A stretch of DNA of 64,000 nucleotides. Origin: an uncultured Sphingobacterium sp. GTDB lineage: Bacteria; Bacteroidota; Bacteroidia; SpSt-205. Location: assembly GCA_964489015.1 (NCBI GenBank), contig CAZAXD010000001.1, positions 168,532 through 232,531 of the forward strand, in the 5' to 3' direction. The notes below the pieces were generated by a model. It saw only the letters and a program-made list of their open reading frames with translations, was not told where the DNA came from and did not search any database. Shown piece after piece: positions 38,811-46,930 of this stretch. Within the stretch, counting starts at the first letter, position 1, and each line of letters starts with the position of its first letter. The position numbers were made by a program, and so were the translations under genes.

Positions 38811-41800
38811 ATGTCTATGCGTTGGTTTTGGGTAGGGCTTGCATGGGTTTGGGCTCAGTCTTATGAATACGGCAATAGCTGGTACAATCCGACGCAGTCT
38901 TATCGGAAGCTTCTTGTAGGCGAATCAGGGGTGTATAGGGTTCGCGCTTCGGACGTCGGGCTTAGTGGCGTGCCCGTTAGTAGTCTGCAGCTTCTGTGGC
39001 GTGGTAGGGAGGTTCCACTGTATGTGGCCGACCTTGATGGGTCCGGTACCTTTGAAGGGAATGACTACTTAGAGTTTGTGGGACTGCGGAATGACGGGGA
39101 ACCGGACTCGGTGGCGTTTCGACATCCACAGCTCCTTCGGCGTTTGCCCGGCCTCCAGGGCAATAAGTACATGAGTCTCAATCAAAACGACACGTCGGCG
39201 TACTTTCTCACGTGGGGTGGGGGGCCAGGGCGTCGTTATGCCACTTATGAAGACGGGCAGGCCCTCAGTCGGCCGTCCCTGTCCTGGTTTTGGTATCAAA
39301 TGGTGGAGTCGTTTCATAATGCAGGCTATTGGCCGGGACCAGGAGGATATGGGATTGGTGGCTATGAGCAGTTTAGCAACCCCATGTACATCAGTGGGGA
39401 GGGACGCGGTGCGAGCTTCAATCCCTATGCGCGAGGATATAGCTTACCAGGTGCGCTCCCCTCTGCCTCGCCTTTTTACAAGATAGAAGTGTCGCATGCC
39501 TCTCTCAACTTTAGCGGCACTTTTACGCTCAACTGGCAGGTTGAGTTGGGCTCTAATACCTATGCGGCTGCCTCCCAGACTCTGAATGCGCCCTATTTTC
39601 AACGGATGCAGTTGGTGGTGCCAACGACTTATCTAGGTTCTTACATCATCGTCCATTGTCAGAGTCCCACCACCGGGTACAGTGGTGAGCTGGTGCACTA
39701 TGCGGAAATTACCTACCCAAGGGCCGGTAATAGCTTAGGGGCAGCGGAGGTTTTTCTGAGCTTGGGTGTAGTAAACTCGGACCCTACTCCCAGGGTGCTA
39801 GCGGTCTCGGGGCTCAGCGTGAGCGGAGGGGATTCCGTGCTTGTCTATGACACGGTGCACCAGCTGCGTATGCGAGCTTACCGGGATGGTAGCCAGTGGC
39901 TTATCCCGCTACCGGGTTTGGCCGACACGTTTGCGCTCTTTCTGGTGCGGGGCGAGAGTATTCGTACGCCCCTTGTGACGACTCCTCGCTTAGAGAATTA
40001 TAGCGGGCAGGCTGGAGCCGAAATCATTCTGGTGACGTCTCCAAGCTTACAGGCGTCGGCCGAGGCATATAAGGCCTATCGAGAAACCCACCCGACGAAT
40101 CCCCGCTCAGTACTAATAGCGTATACGGACGCCATTGATGATGAGTTTGGATGGGGGCGGGTGCGGCACCCCTTAGCTATCCGAAACTTAGTACGGTGGG
40201 CATTGGATCACTGGACCACCAAACCGAAGTACTTGCTCCTGTGGGGAGATGTAGTCAGTCCGGCTGCTCTGCGCATGGCTTACAATGGGGCCCCGCCAGC
40301 CTGGCACAAGGTGCCCGGGTATGGCATTTTAGGTACGGTGGGGGAGCTTCCCTCCTCTGATTGGGGTTTTGTGTCGGACTTTTATGGGGATGGCACGGTA
40401 ATCCCAGCTATTCCTGTTGGACGCGTGCCTGTCCAGAATGACCAGCAAGGTTATGCTTATATCGACAAGCTACGCACTTACGAATCGCAGGGGCTTGCCC
40501 CGTGGCGTAAGTGGGCTTTGCATCTCGGAGGCGGTTCTAGTGCCGTGGAGCAAGCGCTGATTCGGGCCCAGCTGGTAGCCTGTCAAAACGTCTTGGAGGG
40601 ATCGCCTTACGCCGGTAGTACGGTTTACTATCAGAAGCAGACGGGTGGTATGCAGGCCCCGCCAGGCACCCCCACCATCAAGGAACGGATGGACAGCGGC
40701 GTGGTCATATTACAAACGTTTGGCCATACAGGGGGGGATCTCTTTGACGTCGCTTTTTATGAGCCGCAGGACTACGAGAACTGGGGCAGGTATCCATTCG
40801 TGATTGTGAACGGCTGCTATCAGGGGGATGTGAGTGGTATCATCAACGGTTCTCAGTCCCATGGGGAACGGTTTGTCATGGCCCCCGGGCGTGGTAGTCT
40901 GTGGTACTGGGCCTTGGCTGGAGCTGGTTTTATCGGCCCCCTAGGCAATCAGACCCGTCGGATTTATGAGGTTTTATTCCGAGATTCACTGGGGATTTCT
41001 GTAGGCGATGCGATTGTCGAGGCTTTTCGCCGGCTCTTTTCCCAGGGGGTTGGGTCTTTCGAATATTATCACATGGCGGCTTCCTTACTGCTTGGCGATC
41101 CGTCGGTGCCGCTGATCGTGCCTAAGCTGCCCGATTTGGCGATTAGTCGGGCTGATCTCGTGGTAGTGCCAGCAGAGCCCTCTGCTGAGCAGAGCAGCTT
41201 CGAACTGCGCATTCGGTATCACAACTTAGGTTTAGCGGTACAGGATTCCTTTACCGTGCAGGTGGTGCATCAGGTCCAGAGTACTGGTCAGGTCTACACC
41301 TACACGTATCGGCGGCCTCCTTTTTTGCGGACGGATAGCCTTAGCGTGCTCTTGCCTGCGCCGGCCGGCGAGTGGGCGGGGACCAACTTTATCACGGTGA
41401 CGCTGGATGCCCTGCTCGAAGTGCAAGAGGAGCGCGAAGACAATAATACCGTTACGCTCGACTTTTTTGTCAAGTCAGCTCGCCCCATTTTGATTTATCC
41501 CTGGCCGTTTGCGGTAATAAATAAAGATTCTATTGCTCTCATTGCCGGCACTTATAATCAAAGTGGTTATCAGACCCAGGGTTATTACTTCGAGATTGAT
41601 ACGAGCTATCTTTTCAATTCGCCGATGCTGCGCCAGAGCGGGCTCGTGCAAGGGTCTACGGTATTTGGGCAATGGGTAGTGCCTTATCGTTTGCAGGACA
41701 GTGTGGTGTATTACTGGCGAGTTCGTTTAGCCAACGCTGCGCCAAATGAGTGGGCCGAGGCTTCTTTCCAGTACATCGCTGGTGACAAGGAGGGATGGGG

Positions 41801-43844
41801 GCAAAGCGGGCGGGCTCAATTTCTTTCTAATACCCATCAGGGGCTAAGCTATGGCGCACCGGGCTTTACTTGGCAGTTTCAATCGCGTCAGGTGCGTTTA
41901 GAGGTGCGGGACACGTGGGGACCGACGGGTAATCGGCGGTTTCTGATTTTGAATGATCGGGTGCTTTCCTCGGAGATTAGTCATACGCTGACTCGGTATG
42001 TGAACCCCAGCAATCCAGCGCAGGGTTATTATACGCTCGGCTGGTGGTGGGGTGCTTTTATTCCAGGCGTGTTTATTGCGGCTTTTGATGGTAATACCTA
42101 TGAACCGCTGATCGCGGATACCCTGTTTGGGGGCTGGCGGCTTTTCTGTCCGCGGTATTGTGCGCATGCTATCGGCTCTATGTCTCCGGCGCAGATGGCG
42201 GACTCCCTTTGGCAGACGATCGACCGGCTCCCGAATGGCAGCATCGTGGTCCTGCTCTTTACCCAGTTCTTTAAAGCATCTCAGGAATTTGTGAGGCCCA
42301 CCATGGATAATGTACTCGGCGCGATTGGCGCCTCTTCGGCTATTCTGTCCCTCGACTCCTTGCAGAAGGCGATCGTTGTGGGCCGAAAAGGCGCCCCCGC
42401 TAGCAGCGCTATCGAAGTCATCACAGCCGACACGCTTACGGCAGAAGTCATTCAAGACTACACGACGACCTATCCGATTGGGTGGATGAGTAGTCCGCTC
42501 ATTCCTCGGCCGGTGGACTGGGAAGACTTTTTCTTTGCCTTTGACTCCCTAAACGGACGGGGCAAGATTCTCAGTACCGTTTACGCTCGTAAGCCCGATA
42601 ATTCGGAAGTGGTCGTTCATCGGCGAGTCTCCTCCGATGGGGTATATGACCTGCGAGGACTCAATACCACGGACTACACGAGCCTTCGGCTAGAGGGTTA
42701 TTTCATGGATACGCTTATGGCGATAGCCCCCTCCATGCGATACTGGTATGTGCTGTTTCGGCCTTTCCCTGATGTAGCTGTCGATCCAGGTCTACGCTGG
42801 GTACTTTTGCGGGATACCGTGCAGGAGGGAGAGACACTTTATGTGGCGCTTGGGCTTCGAAACCTTTTGTCAGCGCCCACGCCGGATAGCATTTGGGTAC
42901 AACTGAGCATTCAAAAGGCGGATGGTTCGTGGCTTGACGTAGGACGGGTGCGGGTCCGACCGTTGGCAGGGCTAGATACGACTATCGTGGCATTTAGCTT
43001 CTCTTCTATAGGGCTGGGGGGGCTAAATCGGCTTCGCATTGTGGCTAATCCCGATCCCAGCTTTGGGGAGCGGACCTTCGCTAACAATCGCTGGGAAGCT
43101 GCCTTTTTCGTACAAGCGGATATCTACAATCCCGTCGTGGATGTACTCTTTGATGGGGTGCGGATCCAAAATGGGGATATCGTCTCGCCTTCGCCCGTGA
43201 TCCTGGTCGAAGCCAAAGACGAAAACCCGTTTTTAGCTTTGGATGACACCGCTAGTATGACGATTCGCCTGCGGCGGGTGGAGGAACGTAGCCTGGGCGA
43301 GCGGATCAGCTATGCGTCGGGCAAGCTTCGCTTTGAGGGGGCTCGGCTGCCGGACAATCGGGCTCGGGTGGAGTTTCGCCCAGGTCGACTGGAAGACGGG
43401 GACTATGTTTTAGCCGTAGAGGCCCAAGACAAGCGCTACAACCGCTCGGGTACCAAGCCCTATGAAATCCAGTTTCGGATTATCAATGAAAGTGCGATTA
43501 CGCATGTGGTTAATTATCCAAACCCTTTTTCGACATCGACTCGGTTTTATTATGAACTGACAGGCTCGAGTTTGCCTGAAGTGTTTCAGATTCATATCTA
43601 CACGGTAACGGGTCGTTTAGTCAAGGTCATCGATCTGAAGGCTTTGGGGGAGGTGCGGATTGGTCGGCACCTAACGCAGTACGCCTGGGATGGCACGGAT
43701 GAGTACGGTGATCGGTTGGCGAATGGGGTGTATTTGTATCGGGTGGTCCTTCGGATGCCGGGCGAAGCCGCGATCCAGCGCCGCGAAGATGGCCTAGAGG
43801 GCTACTTCAAGAGCGGCTGGGGTAAAATGGTGCTCATGCGGTGA
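38811..43844 (+). CDS. giant secreted peptidase C25 (gingipain/PorU-like) protein with T9SS type A C-terminal sorting domain
   Basis: Likely start MSMRWFWVGLAWVWAQ (signal peptide). The ORF-track start 38796 lies inside the promoter motif. Caspase-fold His/Cys dyad ..TFGHTGGD..(30 aa)..VIVNGCYQGD resembles gingipain. C-terminus VNYPNPFSTSTRFYYEL...HIYTVTGRLVKVIDL..WDGTDEYGDRLANGVYLYRV matches the type A CTD (TIGR04183). Confidence 0.7.
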   Translation: MSMRWFWVGLAWVWAQSYEYGNSWYNPTQSYRKLLVGESGVYRVRASDVGLSGVPVSSLQLLWRGREVPLYVADLDGSGTFEGNDYLEFVGLRNDGEPDSVAFRHPQLLRRLPGLQGNKYMSLNQNDTSAYFLTWGGGPGRRYATYEDGQALSRPSLSWFWYQMVESFHNAGYWPGPGGYGIGGYEQFSNPMYISGEGRGASFNPYARGYSLPGALPSASPFYKIEVSHASLNFSGTFTLNWQVELGSNTYAAASQTLNAPYFQRMQLVVPTTYLGSYIIVHCQSPTTGYSGELVHYAEITYPRAGNSLGAAEVFLSLGVVNSDPTPRVLAVSGLSVSGGDSVLVYDTVHQLRMRAYRDGSQWLIPLPGLADTFALFLVRGESIRTPLVTTPRLENYSGQAGAEIILVTSPSLQASAEAYKAYRETHPTNPRSVLIAYTDAIDDEFGWGRVRHPLAIRNLVRWALDHWTTKPKYLLLWGDVVSPAALRMAYNGAPPAWHKVPGYGILGTVGELPSSDWGFVSDFYGDGTVIPAIPVGRVPVQNDQQGYAYIDKLRTYESQGLAPWRKWALHLGGGSSAVEQALIRAQLVACQNVLEGSPYAGSTVYYQKQTGGMQAPPGTPTIKERMDSGVVILQTFGHTGGDLFDVAFYEPQDYENWGRYPFVIVNGCYQGDVSGIINGSQSHGERFVMAPGRGSLWYWALAGAGFIGPLGNQTRRIYEVLFRDSLGISVGDAIVEAFRRLFSQGVGSFEYYHMAASLLLGDPSVPLIVPKLPDLAISRADLVVVPAEPSAEQSSFELRIRYHNLGLAVQDSFTVQVVHQVQSTGQVYTYTYRRPPFLRTDSLSVLLPAPAGEWAGTNFITVTLDALLEVQEEREDNNTVTLDFFVKSARPILIYPWPFAVINKDSIALIAGTYNQSGYQTQGYYFEIDTSYLFNSPMLRQSGLVQGSTVFGQWVVPYRLQDSVVYYWRVRLANAAPNEWAEASFQYIAGDKEGWGQSGRAQFLSNTHQGLSYGAPGFTWQFQSRQVRLEVRDTWGPTGNRRFLILNDRVLSSEISHTLTRYVNPSNPAQGYYTLGWWWGAFIPGVFIAAFDGNTYEPLIADTLFGGWRLFCPRYCAHAIGSMSPAQMADSLWQTIDRLPNGSIVVLLFTQFFKASQEFVRPTMDNVLGAIGASSAILSLDSLQKAIVVGRKGAPASSAIEVITADTLTAEVIQDYTTTYPIGWMSSPLIPRPVDWEDFFFAFDSLNGRGKILSTVYARKPDNSEVVVHRRVSSDGVYDLRGLNTTDYTSLRLEGYFMDTLMAIAPSMRYWYVLFRPFPDVAVDPGLRWVLLRDTVQEGETLYVALGLRNLLSAPTPDSIWVQLSIQKADGSWLDVGRVRVRPLAGLDTTIVAFSFSSIGLGGLNRLRIVANPDPSFGERTFANNRWEAAFFVQADIYNPVVDVLFDGVRIQNGDIVSPSPVILVEAKDENPFLALDDTASMTIRLRRVEERSLGERISYASGKLRFEGARLPDNRARVEFRPGRLEDGDYVLAVEAQDKRYNRSGTKPYEIQFRIINESAITHVVNYPNPFSTSTRFYYELTGSSLPEVFQIHIYTVTGRLVKVIDLKALGEVRIGRHLTQYAWDGTDEYGDRLANGVYLYRVVLRMPGEAAIQRREDGLEGYFKSGWGKMVLMR

Positions 43845-43881
43845 CTTGACAAGAGCAATTTTTTTGTACCTTTGCAGTGCT

Positions 43882-43957
43882 GCGGCAGTAGCTCAGCTGG
43901 TAGAGCGCAACCTTGCCAAGGTTGAGGTCGCGGGTTCGAGCCCCGTCTGCCGCTCCA
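43882..43957 (+). tRNA. tRNA-Gly (anticodon GCC), CCA encoded
   Basis: Acceptor GCGGCAG/CTGCCGC, D-arm TAGCTCAGCTGGTAGAGC, anticodon loop TTGCCAA, T-arm GGGTTCGAGCCCC, discriminator T followed by CCA. Confidence 0.88.
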
Positions 43958-43958
43958 A

Positions 43959-44045
43959 GCCGAGGTGGTGGAAGTGGTAGACACGCAGGACTTAAAATCC
44001 TGTCGCCCGAAAACGGCGGTACGGGTTCGAGTCCCGTCCTCGGCA
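43959..44045 (+). tRNA. tRNA-Leu (anticodon UAA), type II with long variable arm
   Basis: Acceptor GCCGAGG/CCTCGGC, anticodon stem CAGGA/TCCTG with loop CTTAAAA, long variable arm CGCCCGAAAACGGCGGTAC, T-arm GGGTTCGAGTCCC, discriminator A. Only 1 nt after tRNA-Gly. Confidence 0.88.
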
Positions 44046-44204
44046 TTTGGACTTGGCTTTTTCCGCATTTTTACAAGACAAAAAGATAGATCCCTCTTGC
44101 TGGATGCGCCTCTTGTCTCAAGCCGAACAGGAAGCCCATTTGGTTGCCTTTCGAAGCTTGGGTCGCTCTGCTTATGAGGCACGTTATTTGTTTTATATCA
44201 ATCG

Positions 44205-45392
44205 TTGGCGAAAAGCGTGTCCATTAGCTGGGTCGAATTAGGGCTGCGCCTCTTAGTCGGGGTAGGACTTCGGCGGCAGCGCGTCATTTTTGGCGTCGCG
44301 GTGGGCGTGGTAGCCATGGCCATAGCAGGCGCTATCCTAACCCTGGTCTTTGCTCGCTCCTTTGAGAAAGCTATCGTAGACCGTCTTTATAGCTATCTAG
44401 GTGCAGCTTGGATCCGAACCTACGGGGGTGAGTTTGAGAGTGAGCCTTCCCCCACATCTAAGGAGCGGCTGGTACGGCTTAGAGATTATCACATCCTTCC
44501 GGCGGTACATCTGCCCATGCTCATAGAAGCTCGGCCGGGCCACTACGAAGGGATTGAGCTTTTGTGTGTAGACACAAACTGGTTTCAGGGGGTCTGGGCT
44601 TTTCGGCCCCCTACATGGGAGGGAAACGTCCTGCTGCTGTCTCGAAGCTTGGCTGCTCGTCTCGGTATCAAGGTAGGTGATGATGTCGTCTTAGCCTGGC
44701 TCCAAGAACCTATCCGCTTTCGACGCGTGCGTCTCCTCGGCACTTTTGAGAGCGGGCTCGCGGAGGTAGACCAGCATCTGGGTTTAGCTCCCCTGGCTCT
44801 GGGCCAGCAGCTTCGTGGGTGGAATCCCGATCAGGTACAGGTTGGCCATGTCTTCCTCTCCCGAGAAACGGCGCCGGCCTGGCTTTATGACCTCCAAGAG
44901 CGACTCACTGTCCAAGATGAGATGGTGCCGATAGAATCCATTTTCTCGGATATTTTTGACTGGCTAGGGCTCATTCAGCAAAACATATGGTTGATTCTGG
45001 GGATTGTTTTAGCGATGAGCTTCTTTGTGCTTTGTGCGGCTTTTTTGGTGCTCGGGCTAGCGCAGCGTGTACGGTTCCAGGTTCTTCACTTTTTGGGTAT
45101 GAGTCGCTTTCGACTTTGGCGGCTAGTGGTAGTTCAAGCTCTAGTTACCGTCGGGCTGGGCGCGCTCATTGGGAGTTTCGTTGCTACGCTCCTTTTATAC
45201 ACGCAATATGCTTGGGGTTGGATCCGACTGGATCCGGAGAGTTACTTACTTGATCGCGTGCCTGTGATATGGGAAATCCGTGCTTATCTGCAAGTATGGG
45301 CTATGGTTTTGAGCTTAGCGGTGGTGGTGGGGGTATTAGTAGCCCCGCTCAGTGTGGAGCCCGAAGGGCGTCTGACCGAGACTGCGCTATGA
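44205..45392 (+). CDS. FtsX-like ABC transporter permease (LolC/E-MacB family)
   Basis: 395 aa. N-terminal TM then periplasmic domain, and 3 C-terminal TM helices. ..AMAIAGAILTLVFARSFEKAIVDRL.. aligns with LolC ..LSAMNGFERELQNRIL... Start TTG 44205 or GTG 44217. Confidence 0.65.
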   Translation: MAKSVSISWVELGLRLLVGVGLRRQRVIFGVAVGVVAMAIAGAILTLVFARSFEKAIVDRLYSYLGAAWIRTYGGEFESEPSPTSKERLVRLRDYHILPAVHLPMLIEARPGHYEGIELLCVDTNWFQGVWAFRPPTWEGNVLLLSRSLAARLGIKVGDDVVLAWLQEPIRFRRVRLLGTFESGLAEVDQHLGLAPLALGQQLRGWNPDQVQVGHVFLSRETAPAWLYDLQERLTVQDEMVPIESIFSDIFDWLGLIQQNIWLILGIVLAMSFFVLCAAFLVLGLAQRVRFQVLHFLGMSRFRLWRLVVVQALVTVGLGALIGSFVATLLLYTQYAWGWIRLDPESYLLDRVPVIWEIRAYLQVWAMVLSLAVVVGVLVAPLSVEPEGRLTETAL

Positions 45393-46894
45393 GTCGCTTG
45401 CTAGTTTTCCTAGCGCTGGGGCTGCATCTGCTTTGGGGCCAAAGGATGCCGCTACCTAATCTCTCTACGTCCCTCCATGAAAGTGCGCCCTTGCCTTCGG
45501 TGGACGGGCGAAGGCTCTTTTTCTGGCGACTAGATGACCCCGTCGGGCTGGGTGCGCAGGATATTTTCGTAGCGGAGTGGGATGATAGCAGCGCAACCTA
45601 TGGCCCGGCGCGTCCTCTGAGTGGAGGCGTCAACGACCCCCGCGGTAATATCCCGCTCGGGATCACCCCCAATGGCCAATCTCTGCTTGTTTATAAGGAA
45701 TTTCGTAATCCTCGTAATGCCTGTGAGCTTGGCCTCTCTCGACGATTAGGAGGGGATATCTGGATGGCACCCGTTCAGCTCAAGGTCAATAACTTCCATA
45801 GCGAAAGCGGTAGCGCCCTAACCGCTTTTTTAGGCTGGGATGGTCGCACGCTGCTTTTATCCATGAAGAGTCATGGTACCCTCGGCGGCGAGGATCTTTA
45901 TGTAAGCTTTTATGAGAGTGAGCATAAGCTATGGTCGGCCCCCCTTCATCTGGGGAGTATCCTTAATACACCGGGCGATGAAATCACGCCTTATTTAGCG
46001 CCAGATGGGGTCACGCTGTATTTTTCCAGCAACGGGCGTGCAGATAGCAAGGGCTTTGATATCTATCTAACTCGGCGACTAGATGATAGCTGGCGCCGTT
46101 GGAGTCCGCCGGTACGGCTGCCGGACGGAATCAACTCGGATGCCGATGATTTCTACTTTCGGATGCCGGCTCTGCGGCCAGAAGTCGGGTTTCTCGTGTC
46201 GTCGGATCATCCGGAGAAGGGGCGGGAAATTTACCAGGTGCCAGTGCCTCAAGCTTATCGGCCGCGGCCTGTAGTGACGGTGACAGGCCAGGTTCGTGAG
46301 CTTCATAGCCAGCGGCCCGTGGGGGAGCTCGAAGTGCGGTATTACGACCTAGAGAAGCAGCAGCTTGTCGGCACCGTGTACTCTGATCCGCAGGATGGGC
46401 GTTATCGCGTGCTTTTGCCAGCGGGTTACCGGTACGGGATCGTAGCGGTGGGCGCCACCTACTTTAGCATTAGTGAACAGATCGATTTGCGGGGGGGCAT
46501 GGAAGCTGGTGACCAGGTGCAGGATATCCAAGTGGTCCCCTTGGTGACAGGTGGGGTTATTCGACTTAGTGGCTTATACTTTGGGGTGGGGGATAGTATG
46601 CTGCGGCCGGAGAGCTTGGTGGAGCTTGAACGGCTAGTCTGGCTGATGAGTGAAAAACCTTCGCTGCGCATCGAGGTGGTAGGGCACACGGATAGCACCG
46701 GGCGGCCGGACCTAAACGATCGGCTTTCTTTAGCCCGAGCCGTGGCCGTGGTGCGGTACCTAGAAGGGCGGGGCATCGCTCCAGACCGCATGAAAGCCCG
46801 AGGCGCAGGGGCCCGAGAACCGGTCGCGGACAACGCGACGCCTGCCGGGCGTGCTCAAAATCGGCGCGTGGAGATCCGCATCGTCTCTCTGTAA
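45389..46894 (+). CDS. OmpA-family protein with TolB-like (PD40) beta-propeller repeats
   Basis: Signal peptide MSRLLVFLALGLHLLWG. Repeated ..YFSSNGRAD../..GGEDLYVS.. PD40-like repeats. C-terminal OmpA domain (..VVGHTDSTGRPDLNDRLSLARAVAVVRYL..NRRVEIRIV). Confidence 0.75.
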   Translation: MSRLLVFLALGLHLLWGQRMPLPNLSTSLHESAPLPSVDGRRLFFWRLDDPVGLGAQDIFVAEWDDSSATYGPARPLSGGVNDPRGNIPLGITPNGQSLLVYKEFRNPRNACELGLSRRLGGDIWMAPVQLKVNNFHSESGSALTAFLGWDGRTLLLSMKSHGTLGGEDLYVSFYESEHKLWSAPLHLGSILNTPGDEITPYLAPDGVTLYFSSNGRADSKGFDIYLTRRLDDSWRRWSPPVRLPDGINSDADDFYFRMPALRPEVGFLVSSDHPEKGREIYQVPVPQAYRPRPVVTVTGQVRELHSQRPVGELEVRYYDLEKQQLVGTVYSDPQDGRYRVLLPAGYRYGIVAVGATYFSISEQIDLRGGMEAGDQVQDIQVVPLVTGGVIRLSGLYFGVGDSMLRPESLVELERLVWLMSEKPSLRIEVVGHTDSTGRPDLNDRLSLARAVAVVRYLEGRGIAPDRMKARGAGAREPVADNATPAGRAQNRRVEIRIVSL

Positions 46895-46930
46895 CAAAGC
46901 CGCCTAAAAACTCCTAACTTTGCCGCCCAG

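Noticed and set aside
43802-44182. Three ORF-track entries (43802-44182 minus, 43834-44046 minus, 43965-44177 plus) spanning the tRNA-Gly/tRNA-Leu locus
   Set aside because: They overlap two well-formed tRNA genes and are Arg/Pro/Ser-rich in the way typical of high-GC noise. They were treated as spurious.
44047-44241. Plus-strand ORF ending ..AYEARYLFYINRWRK, which looked like a frameshifted N-terminus of the FtsX-like permease
   Set aside because: The downstream frame already contains the expected N-terminal motif (LGLRLL...RRQRVIF.. then the TM). No frameshift is needed, so the similarity is coincidental.
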